From a virus (taxonomy: Duplodnaviria; Caudoviricetes), in IMG/VR virus record IMGVR_UViG_3300037088_000377, positions 1 through 63,879 of that record: a stretch of 63,879 nt of DNA; one strand, given 5' to 3'. Each line of letters begins with the position of its first letter. Position 1 is the first letter of the stretch. The notes under the pieces are model-generated. The model was not told the origin of the DNA. It saw nothing but the letters and a program-made list of their open reading frames with translations, and searched no databases. Position numbers and translations under genes: made by a program. Positions 8,685 through 17,415 of the stretch are shown here, one piece after another.

Positions 8685-9331
8685 ATGTCCAAGTAAATTG
8701 CGGTGTCTACCGTTGGCTGAACACAATTAACGGAAAATCTTATGTGGGGAGTTCTAGAAACCTGCAAAAGCGAAAGAGTGAACATTTACGTTTTTTACAC
8801 TCTCATCGGCACCATAGCATTAAACTTCAACGAGCGTGGGATAAATATGGGTCAAATGCTTTTGAATTTCAGATACTTAAATCTTGTTTGAAGGAAAATT
8901 TGCTCGAACACGAACAGGTTACAATAAATGCTCTGGATGCTGTTAGCAATGGGTATAATGTAGCTTTAACTGCTGAAAGTCCAATGTATAACAGAAGGCA
9001 TTCGCAAGCAGCTAAAGATAAGATGAGTGCAGCCCATAAAGGACGCTCTTTTAGTTCTGAGCATAAACGAAAACTTGGTCTTGCCGCATTTGGACGTACC
9101 ATAAAGGTATCAGATGAGGGGGAAAAAAGACGAAGGGCTAACATAAAAGCTTTGTGGACATCAAGTGAGTTTAGAAATAAACAAAGTAAGGCTCGTTGTC
9201 AAGCTTGGGATAATGATGAGAAACGAAAAGAGACCGCTAGCGTTCGTAGCTATCTTAAAAATCACCAACGCTGGCATACGAGCCGAGGATTGGTAAATTC
9301 TGAATGCAGGCACTGTCAATTAGGAGAGTAA
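8678..9331 (+). CDS. GIY-YIG homing endonuclease with NUMOD3-like repeats
   Basis: GVYRWLNTINGKSYVGSS...R...E...GYN, then HSQAAKDKMS and FSSEHKRKLG. AT-rich relative to flanks. Confidence 0.9.
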   Translation: MVDVQVNCGVYRWLNTINGKSYVGSSRNLQKRKSEHLRFLHSHRHHSIKLQRAWDKYGSNAFEFQILKSCLKENLLEHEQVTINALDAVSNGYNVALTAESPMYNRRHSQAAKDKMSAAHKGRSFSSEHKRKLGLAAFGRTIKVSDEGEKRRRANIKALWTSSEFRNKQSKARCQAWDNDEKRKETASVRSYLKNHQRWHTSRGLVNSECRHCQLGE

Positions 9332-9332
9332 A

Positions 9333-11081
9333 ATGGCACAGGAGAAAGTTTACGCTTCAATCATCGACAATTTTTTGGACGACAGGGAGCCAAACTGGGA
9401 GCAAGTCGGCCTCACAGATGCCCAGAAGTCGGGCGAGGAGGTCAAGGACCGGGGCGACAAGTATGTTGATGATGCCTTTCTCAACGACCTGGCCGATGAG
9501 TCCCATCACACCGTCGTTCCCCCCAGCAGCAAGAGTGCCGTCCTGCTTAACCGTATGTCGGAAAAGGAATCTGCTCTCCCTCGCCTGAGCGCCGGGCGCA
9601 AAGCGGCTACCCCCGTCCGCTTGGAGGACTATCAATCGGAACTTGGGGACGATGAGTCCCTCGTAAATGAGGTCACTTATAGTATCGAACAGGCGGAGGG
9701 GAAAGCTCCTGAGAGCAAGCAATATGGGGCAGAACATCGGAACCAATCGGACGAGGAAATCCTCCGATATGTGAAGAAGCTCCTCAACCAGGGGACATCA
9801 CCTTCCAAGGTGGCCGCACAACTTGAGAAGATTGCGGTGATAGAACTCCTCGACAAGAAGGACAACATGGGGATGAACTATCTCAACGAGAACCAAGGCA
9901 CCCTTGGTATGGCGTATCTCGAACCTAATCAATTTATGGAGAGCAATCCTGCTGTTGGGCGGGAGAATGTCCACCTCGGCTCGGAAACCAAGCCATTTTG
10001 TTCAAACTGCAACAAGGATGTCACCCCTAAGTATCGGGATACCATCGCCCTGTGCCCGGAATGCCACAAGCCTCTTCCTCTTAAGCCCAAACAGGGTGCC
10101 CGTGAGCTATCGGTCCCTGAAAGGCATCAACTGGCTATCGCCAAGAAAACCCTTACCTACTCGGACGCAGGTGCCAAGATTATGGGTGGTCCGACCAAGG
10201 AAGAAGCACGGGAGATTATCCGCAGGCTTACCGGCAGACCGCCAAAGGAGTCCTCCCAGAAGACCTCTGCCGACTGCGTCCGCCAGTTCAACGCCTGGAA
10301 GGCGGCGGGCATCGTGCCCCGTGCCCAGAGCGTCAAGAAAATTGCTGCCTGCGACGGGTGTGCTATGTTCAAGAACAAGACCTGCACCCTCTATCATCTC
10401 CCCGTGGTGGCGAACGCACAGGAGCTTGCGATGGTCATCAACAAGATGACCCCAGGCGTGCCGGTCAGGTCCAAGCGAGCGGCCCTCGTTGCCCTTGCCA
10501 ACCGCCAGCCTATGCAAGTAGAGGTCAAGAAGCTCGGCAACCGTCCGATACAGAAGACCTCCGCACGGACTATTGAGAGCATCCGGGTGACCCGTGAGGA
10601 GCCAGCCTCCAGGTTTGATGTCAATACCGTGGAGGCGATGCACAAGAAGGGAGTTGCCATCAATGCCATCTATGACAAGGGCAGCCTCAAGGTAGGCTCT
10701 GTGCAGGCGGGCTACGCCATCAAGGCGTTCATAGCCTCGCTGAGAGAAAAGGGAACCAAGATTGCCCTCTCCCAGATTGACTGCAAGCTGCTCAAGCAGA
10801 AGCTCGGCATGAACAATGCTATCATGGGGGCGGTCAAGTGCGCCGACTGCACCTATCGGCAGGACATGCACTGCGGGCTGACTGGGGGCACCTTGGTCAA
10901 CTTCCCCGGCATGGAGAAGACGGGAAAGGTGGCGTCTTCGGCACCTCCCACGGATGCCATGAAACTGCTCAACGAGTACGACCTTACCAAGCGGCCAGTC
11001 GTCGGAGACATTGAGATTAACGAAGACCATCCCGAAGATAATATACAGATGGGTAGCCACATGAGCGCAGGAAACTTATGA
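9333..11081 (+). CDS. Putative head-associated protein with Cys clusters and K-x-A/S sites
   Basis: 582 aa; CSNC..CPEC ribbon, two C-x2-C-x7-C clusters, RKAA/QKTS/KRAA/GKVA motifs. Confidence 0.6.
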   Translation: MAQEKVYASIIDNFLDDREPNWEQVGLTDAQKSGEEVKDRGDKYVDDAFLNDLADESHHTVVPPSSKSAVLLNRMSEKESALPRLSAGRKAATPVRLEDYQSELGDDESLVNEVTYSIEQAEGKAPESKQYGAEHRNQSDEEILRYVKKLLNQGTSPSKVAAQLEKIAVIELLDKKDNMGMNYLNENQGTLGMAYLEPNQFMESNPAVGRENVHLGSETKPFCSNCNKDVTPKYRDTIALCPECHKPLPLKPKQGARELSVPERHQLAIAKKTLTYSDAGAKIMGGPTKEEAREIIRRLTGRPPKESSQKTSADCVRQFNAWKAAGIVPRAQSVKKIAACDGCAMFKNKTCTLYHLPVVANAQELAMVINKMTPGVPVRSKRAALVALANRQPMQVEVKKLGNRPIQKTSARTIESIRVTREEPASRFDVNTVEAMHKKGVAINAIYDKGSLKVGSVQAGYAIKAFIASLREKGTKIALSQIDCKLLKQKLGMNNAIMGAVKCADCTYRQDMHCGLTGGTLVNFPGMEKTGKVASSAPPTDAMKLLNEYDLTKRPVVGDIEINEDHPEDNIQMGSHMSAGNL

Positions 11082-11647
11082 GCGGCAAGGTAGTAGGCAC
11101 GATAACCGAACTGGAGCCAAAGGACGACGGGAAATTCGAGGCGGCCCTCCCTCCTCAGCAGGTTAGCGTGGATGCGGACGGGAAGAAGAAGGAGCCCGCT
11201 CCTCTCATAAACATGGAGAATCTTGACCTCATCTATGATATGCTCAAGAACCCCGAGTCTAACCCTGCGGAGATAAGCCGTCTCATCACGCAGGAAATAT
11301 ACTCTGTCGCGGCGGACTTGGTAAGGTTGAGGAATGACCCCACGATGAACGACACGTGGAAGATTAAAACCTATACCGAAGCGTACAAGGCATTAAAGGA
11401 GTTACGCCTATCTCTTATGGATACAGAAACGTTGAGTAAGAAGGATATGCTCAACTTTGATGGCGAAAAGCTCAGGGTCTACACCACCAAACTCCACTCG
11501 TGGTTCACCGAGGCCATGAAAGCAGCGGGTATGATGGAAGATTTGCGGAACAGCGTGATGAAACACTATCGTGACATCGTTATCGTAGGGGAGCCGTTGC
11601 TTCGTAGGGAAATTCAGCAGTTAGAATCAAGCTTAAGAAAGAGATAG
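11078..11647 (+). CDS. Hypothetical helical protein
   Basis: 189 aa; ATGA overlap with the upstream gene. Confidence 0.7.
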   Translation: MSGKVVGTITELEPKDDGKFEAALPPQQVSVDADGKKKEPAPLINMENLDLIYDMLKNPESNPAEISRLITQEIYSVAADLVRLRNDPTMNDTWKIKTYTEAYKALKELRLSLMDTETLSKKDMLNFDGEKLRVYTTKLHSWFTEAMKAAGMMEDLRNSVMKHYRDIVIVGEPLLRREIQQLESSLRKR

Positions 11648-11648
11648 G

Positions 11649-12491
11649 ATGAGGTTTAGAGATTTAACTGGGCAAAAATTCGGAATGTTGACAGTCTTGG
11701 AGAGACTAGATAAAATTTCGCCTGTAACATGGGTATGCGAATGCTCATGTGGAAACAAACACAATGTTCGTATCGGCAATCTGACAACAGGCAGTGTCAG
11801 AAGCTGTGGGGAATGCCGACCGAAAATGGAGAAGGGCTTCGGTTCCAACAGGTATAAAGAAAGCAGGATTGCCAACTTATGTGGCTGTTGCCGAGTAAAT
11901 CTGAGTATCCTCGGAAAGACCTCTTGCGAGAGGTGCAAGACCAAGATTGAAAAGTTGCGGAAAGAGAGAAGGTCAAAAGGATACTGTGCATACTGTGATA
12001 GCCCTGTAATAAGCGGGCATTCTCGTTGCCAAAAACATTTTGACAGCCATACCACAGGAGAAAAAAGGCGAATGGTTGATTTAGATAAAGAGCATCTGTG
12101 CAGACTTTGCTCCAACCCTGTTTTGGCAAATAGCAGAAAGTACTGTCCTGTATGCATCTTAAATGTTAAAGAACGTCATAAGCAATGGTATATGAGTCTT
12201 AAACTCCAAGTGATTGCTGGTTATGGGGGTCGGTGCCAATGTCCGGGATGTGATGTAGCGATTCCCGAGTTTCTAACCCTTGACCATATTAACAATGACG
12301 GGGCGTTTCGTCGGAAGATGTTGGGAACCAAGGAAATTGGGGCTAACCTATATCAAAGATTGATTAAGGAACAGTTTCCTAAAGGAACTTACCAACTTCT
12401 TTGCTTTAACTGTAATCTATCCAAGGGTTTCTTTGGGAAATGCCCACATACGGAGCAAACCAACTGTATGGTAGCGGCAGGAGGAGCATAA
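11649..12491 (+). CDS. HNH homing endonuclease with Cys-rich repeats
   Basis: DLTGQKFGMLTV...WVCECSCG N-terminus, several CxxC units, and LTLDHINNDG...LLCFNCN. Confidence 0.85.
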   Translation: MRFRDLTGQKFGMLTVLERLDKISPVTWVCECSCGNKHNVRIGNLTTGSVRSCGECRPKMEKGFGSNRYKESRIANLCGCCRVNLSILGKTSCERCKTKIEKLRKERRSKGYCAYCDSPVISGHSRCQKHFDSHTTGEKRRMVDLDKEHLCRLCSNPVLANSRKYCPVCILNVKERHKQWYMSLKLQVIAGYGGRCQCPGCDVAIPEFLTLDHINNDGAFRRKMLGTKEIGANLYQRLIKEQFPKGTYQLLCFNCNLSKGFFGKCPHTEQTNCMVAAGGA

Positions 12492-12492
12492 A

Positions 12493-15400
12493 ATGCCTGT
12501 TAGCGGAAATTCAATTGCAGCCAAATCGTTCCAGAGTTTTGCGGTCAATGAGGACCTGCTAAGGAAGGTCACCGAAGCTACCATAAAAGGAGAGAAGAAA
12601 GCCCGCTCTTCTGGAGAGGTCGTCTCCTATGAAGCCTTTGTTACGGGGTTTCGTCAAAATATTTCAATTGGCAGAATCTTCATTGTCCCCGCCTCGATAT
12701 GTGACAAGCCCAAGGAGTTCCCCATTGCTCTTCTGTACGGGACGGTGGTAAAGCTGCTCAATCTTGGTGAGGAGACGGCGACCCTTATCGCCATCAATAC
12801 TGGAAGCGAGTTTGACGAGGAAGAGGATGTCAAGGAACATCTCAAGTCCCTCAAGGAAAAGGCATTCACCGTGGACGGCAAGGAGGTCAGTCTCGTTGTG
12901 TTTGCCCCGGCGTGGAGTGGCATCCGTGAGTATGTGACGTTCCAGTTCGTGGATGACACATACAAGCTCACCAACCTGCTCCGCCACTTGGTGTTCTCTT
13001 GCTATTTCAATCCGGCTGTGTCTAGTGGCTTTGATGCTTTGCTTAGTAAAGTCGATACGTGGAAAATAGATGTCACCGATATCACCCCCAAGCTGACCTA
13101 CCCGGCGCTCACGGAAAGCCCACTCAAGAAGTACCCGGAGCTTATGAAGACGGCCAGCAAGCGGGACCGCATCTTCCTCACCGCCAAGACCGCCGACGCC
13201 ATCGCCCAGAACGAGCTTGAACCCGAGGAGATGGACGTGTTCCAAGCATTGGGGGAAGCAATGGGTGGGGCGCTCGACCACGGGACCACCACATCCGGGG
13301 AGGTAGCTGACAAGGACTACAAGACCCCGGCAGCCAACGCCGAGGTACCCCGTGCTGACGATGGCACCGGACCCAAGGCGGCAAAGAAGGTCGGCTACGA
13401 TAAGGAAGACCAGTATACTCCAAACGTTATGCCCGGAACAGGGATGACCGATGACGAGATGCTGGCGCAGCAGCACGCTGACATTATGAGTAAGGCGACC
13501 TATACCCTCAGTGAGGACGACCTTGAGTGGACCCCCGAGTACCGTAACCGGGCGCACGGTCGAATTGGCTCCGCTAAAACCGCCTTCATTGCCGAAGCCC
13601 CGACAAACGACAGTTATGTGGTCAAACAGAACGGGCAAATCAAGACCGGCCCCTGTCCGATGATGGAGTGCTTGGACTGGATTATGGAAGAGCAGGAGAA
13701 TGGCATCGGTATGAGTAGGGGAGGATACGAGATAGAGGAGGCGGGACAAGAAAGTGCTGCTCCTGTTCCCATCACGGCATCTATGCGGAAGCGAGCAGGG
13801 ATTGACCCATTCCTTGCCTCCTATATTGAGTCAGCATTGTGGTCCAGTGATGATGAGTCTACGCCGCAGGGCGGGGAGCCGTTGGACAAGAACCACAGCC
13901 TCTTGGACATCGCCCCCGAGACTCTTGAGGTGATGAAGCAGGACTGCGAGCGGTTCAGGACAGAAAATGACCAACTTCTCCAGCAGGCAATCGAGCAGGA
14001 CAATGCAAGTTGGGGCATCATAGCCCGCGACTTTTGGCTTACCCGCAACCGTCACGGGGCGGGATTCTGGGACGGGGACTACCCGGCTACCGGAGATGCC
14101 CTCACCGAGGCAGCACACGCCTTCGGCGAGGCAGCCTTGTACATCGGGGATGACGGCAGGATATACCAGTACGAGGATGCTTACTCCGGTCCCAAGGTGA
14201 CGGGCGAGGATATTGGGAATACACCGGGAGGATTCAATAACCCGGACGAGGAGGGGTTGCCTGGAGAGATTGGTGGTCATATCGGCAGCAAGAAAAAGGC
14301 AGACACGGAAGTTGTCGGGACTCCTTATGTGGTACGGATTAATGGGCACAAAACTCTCAAGGGAGAACTTGCTGAATGGTGCATAAAAGATGAGAGCGGG
14401 AAGCTTCACTCAGCTCATGCCACTCAAAAATGGGCCAACAAAATTGTTTCTAACTACCTACTTTCCAAGCAGGCCGATACCGCCGACAACCCCGCCAATC
14501 AGACCAGGGACGGCGAGGGGGCGATGGACCCAAAGACCAACAAGGAGAAGTCTGTGACAGCAAATGTTGTGTTCCCCCTAAAGTCCCCCGATAAATGCGC
14601 AGTCTGCAAGGCAGACCTGCCTGCGGGGACAAAGGTTATCAACAAGTCACAGTGGGCTGTAGTTTGCCTTCCTTGTGTCAATAGGCTACGAGATCAGAAT
14701 AAAGCACCAAAATTGTCGGCTGTCGCCAAAGTCAAGAAAGCTATGCAACTATATGTCGGGATTGATCCTTACACGAATGAACGCTCCATAAGCCGCTTAG
14801 ACAGGGACTCTGAGGGTAACAGGAACTTTCAACCTGTCTCGCTGGAACAGCTTGACGAGATTCTGCCACAAGCCACTGATTTTTATGTCGGCTATAGGTC
14901 CGTTGATGCCGATACATTCAGGCAGCAGGCTCAAGAAATCATGTTAGCTAATACCAACAAGAACAAGCCCGTGACGGCCGCTATCGCCAAGGTCGCCTAT
15001 GTCTCCCACTGCAAGGGACACAAGAACTCCAAGGGGGAGCTTGCCGAGTGGTGCGTGAAGTCCCACAAGGACGACCACATCATCTCCAGCCACGGCAGCG
15101 AGGCGGCAGCCAAGAAGCACTTGCAGGATATGCATGCCCATTCCGGCTCAACCGAAAAGACCGCCTACAAGACCCATGACGCCGACTGCACCTGTGGGTT
15201 CTGCGAGAAGAAGGGCGACATCGCCGAGAAGGACAAGGAGAAGAATGATTTGACCAAGTACGGAAGTGCATATGGTTACAGCTTTGACGATGACCTTACC
15301 CCGGAGCAAAGAAGTTGCACGCAGGGCTGTTTTATCCGGGGCGAGCGTGAGTGCCCCGCTAGTTGCACTTGTTCGATTTGCCACGGCAGCGGCAGGAAGC

Positions 15401-17415
15401 AGAATGACATTGCTGACGACCGGAACATCATGGTAATCCGCAGAGCCAAGCATGCCGAAGGCGCTCCGTATCAATGCCTGAACTGCTTGAAGCAGCATAA
15501 CAATCCTGTTAGGTGTCCCAATTGTGGTAGCAGTGAGAAGAAGCGAATGGGGGTTGAGTATCCGAAGACCGCCGACACAGTGGACAACCCGGCGAACGAG
15601 AAGGGTGGAGTAGGCTACATTCACCCCAAGACCGACGCCGAGAAGGTGAACACCCGTGGGGAAGAGCCTGAGATGGCTCCCGACAAGAACCCCGGTGGGA
15701 GCAAGACCGGGACGGTATGGTTGAACGACAAGAACTTGAGACCTGCTATGTCCATGAACGACATCTTCGCTGAGACAAACCGTCTGTCCGCAAAAGAGCA
15801 GGGAGGAGTGGACTTGTCACACCACCGCAACCACGCCAGCCTCAAGACAGCAGACGCCCAGATGCACTGCCCACAGTGTCAGGGAACCGCCTGTAAGGCG
15901 AACCCCTCGGACCCGCAGTATGTGTGCCAGTGCGGGTGGAAGTCCGGCCAGCCGCTCCATACGATGAGTGAGGGAGAGAGGGAAAACGAACTCAGGACAC
16001 AGGAAAGGCTGCGGGGTTTCCGTCCGCATCGTGGCACCAAGACCGCCGCCGAGGTTGTGGCCGACCTCCTCGCCGACCCCACCGGGGAAGATAAGGGCAT
16101 GGTGGCATCCTTACAGAGCAGGAAGGCGGGCAACAAGCGTGAGGAAGACCTCCGCAAGAAGCGCTCCAGCGTGGCCGAGGAGTTCGGCGACATTTTTGCT
16201 GATGTTTTGCCCCGATATGGAAAGACCGCAGACCAGTCTGTCGAGCCGGACGTGGCACAGGCAAGGGGCGCAATCAGCGGTCCTGGCAAGAACGACCTTG
16301 CCAATACGCCGGAAGCAACCAACACCACTGATGCCCGTGACCTGGAGAAGCAGAAGCCCTCGCCGAACGCCGGGGGGGTGCCGAGGCTCTCATCTAAGAA
16401 AAGGGGTGACCATGATGTCCAGCCCGACATCGCCGCCGCACGGGAGAGGCTTGACCACGGTGCCAAGGCACAGCTTGCCGACAACCCGGAGGCTACACAG
16501 ACCGAGGATATTGGCAAGTTCGCAGGCAAGATGGCTGACCAGTCCGTCGAGCCAGATGTAGCCCAAGCCAAGGCGGCCATCGAAGGTCAGTCCAAGGCAC
16601 AGCTTGCCGACAACCCGGAGGCTACACAGACCACGGACATCCGTGAGCTTGAGAAGCAAGCGGCATATCCTGAAGCACAGCCTACTTCTGAGCAGGTGGA
16701 CGTGGAGGTCAAGGACGAGGGTTCACTAATCCTCCTGATTCCCAAAAACTCGGAGGCAAAGCAGTGGATGAACGATAATCTCGGGCTGGAAGAGTGGCAA
16801 TGGTACGGCGGCGGGGCAGCAATTGAGTACCGCTATGCTGATGACATCATTGAGGGGATGCAGAATGACGGACTGACTGTGACCCCGACCAAGCGCATCA
16901 TCCCCGAGGAGCATGACCTTACCCCAGAGGACGAGCAGCGACTCATCAGTAAAGGTATCGTAGCACCTCCCGGCAAGCGTGCCTGTACTCCATTGGGCGA
17001 CGAGCAGGATGAAGCAATCGACATCGGGGCGCTCATCGGTGACCTTGCCGACCTCGGTGCCAACCTGCCCAATATCGCAGGAGGGACTATGGATGCCCCA
17101 CAGGTCGGGGAGGGTGGAATAAATAACTTGTCAGCCAAGAAGGAATCCTCTCGGAAGCAGGCGGCTTCTCCCGAGGCACTGATGCTTGCCCAAGAGCTTA
17201 TTGACAACGAGGACCCGCTTGTCTTCGATATTTGTTCCAACCATGGACAGATATTCGGGAATGTGCGGCACATGCGGTGGCTGCTTGAGGCTGTGGCGGA
17301 GGAGGCTGAAGCTGAGCATATGGTAGGAGACGAGGAGTCTATCTCTCCTGAACGGGATAGATTAGCCCTTGACGTGGATCCTGATACTTACTTGCCACCG
17401 TTTGAGGAGTTCTAA
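12493..17415 (+). CDS. Large modular putative virion protein or polyprotein with about 20 K-x-A/G sites
   Basis: 1640 aa; AGGAGG RBS; recurring KTAD, KKAD, KQAD, KVAY and KTAY boundaries; duplicated modules; Zn fingers. Confidence 0.7.
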   Translation: MPVSGNSIAAKSFQSFAVNEDLLRKVTEATIKGEKKARSSGEVVSYEAFVTGFRQNISIGRIFIVPASICDKPKEFPIALLYGTVVKLLNLGEETATLIAINTGSEFDEEEDVKEHLKSLKEKAFTVDGKEVSLVVFAPAWSGIREYVTFQFVDDTYKLTNLLRHLVFSCYFNPAVSSGFDALLSKVDTWKIDVTDITPKLTYPALTESPLKKYPELMKTASKRDRIFLTAKTADAIAQNELEPEEMDVFQALGEAMGGALDHGTTTSGEVADKDYKTPAANAEVPRADDGTGPKAAKKVGYDKEDQYTPNVMPGTGMTDDEMLAQQHADIMSKATYTLSEDDLEWTPEYRNRAHGRIGSAKTAFIAEAPTNDSYVVKQNGQIKTGPCPMMECLDWIMEEQENGIGMSRGGYEIEEAGQESAAPVPITASMRKRAGIDPFLASYIESALWSSDDESTPQGGEPLDKNHSLLDIAPETLEVMKQDCERFRTENDQLLQQAIEQDNASWGIIARDFWLTRNRHGAGFWDGDYPATGDALTEAAHAFGEAALYIGDDGRIYQYEDAYSGPKVTGEDIGNTPGGFNNPDEEGLPGEIGGHIGSKKKADTEVVGTPYVVRINGHKTLKGELAEWCIKDESGKLHSAHATQKWANKIVSNYLLSKQADTADNPANQTRDGEGAMDPKTNKEKSVTANVVFPLKSPDKCAVCKADLPAGTKVINKSQWAVVCLPCVNRLRDQNKAPKLSAVAKVKKAMQLYVGIDPYTNERSISRLDRDSEGNRNFQPVSLEQLDEILPQATDFYVGYRSVDADTFRQQAQEIMLANTNKNKPVTAAIAKVAYVSHCKGHKNSKGELAEWCVKSHKDDHIISSHGSEAAAKKHLQDMHAHSGSTEKTAYKTHDADCTCGFCEKKGDIAEKDKEKNDLTKYGSAYGYSFDDDLTPEQRSCTQGCFIRGERECPASCTCSICHGSGRKQNDIADDRNIMVIRRAKHAEGAPYQCLNCLKQHNNPVRCPNCGSSEKKRMGVEYPKTADTVDNPANEKGGVGYIHPKTDAEKVNTRGEEPEMAPDKNPGGSKTGTVWLNDKNLRPAMSMNDIFAETNRLSAKEQGGVDLSHHRNHASLKTADAQMHCPQCQGTACKANPSDPQYVCQCGWKSGQPLHTMSEGERENELRTQERLRGFRPHRGTKTAAEVVADLLADPTGEDKGMVASLQSRKAGNKREEDLRKKRSSVAEEFGDIFADVLPRYGKTADQSVEPDVAQARGAISGPGKNDLANTPEATNTTDARDLEKQKPSPNAGGVPRLSSKKRGDHDVQPDIAAARERLDHGAKAQLADNPEATQTEDIGKFAGKMADQSVEPDVAQAKAAIEGQSKAQLADNPEATQTTDIRELEKQAAYPEAQPTSEQVDVEVKDEGSLILLIPKNSEAKQWMNDNLGLEEWQWYGGGAAIEYRYADDIIEGMQNDGLTVTPTKRIIPEEHDLTPEDEQRLISKGIVAPPGKRACTPLGDEQDEAIDIGALIGDLADLGANLPNIAGGTMDAPQVGEGGINNLSAKKESSRKQAASPEALMLAQELIDNEDPLVFDICSNHGQIFGNVRHMRWLLEAVAEEAEAEHMVGDEESISPERDRLALDVDPDTYLPPFEEF
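16463..16632 (+). repeat. 41-bp exact direct repeat inside the 1640-aa gene
   Basis: CCAAGGCACAGCTTGCCGACAACCCGGAGGCTACACAGACC at 16463-16503 and 16592-16632, encoding KAQLADNPEATQT. Confidence 0.9.

Noticed and set aside
11078-11647. Terminase small subunit
   Set aside because: The size and helicity fit, but there is no diagnostic motif and it is far from terL.
16230-16640. Spaced direct repeats as a possible CRISPR array
   Set aside because: They are in-frame coding repeats with homologous intervening sequence, and no cas genes are present.
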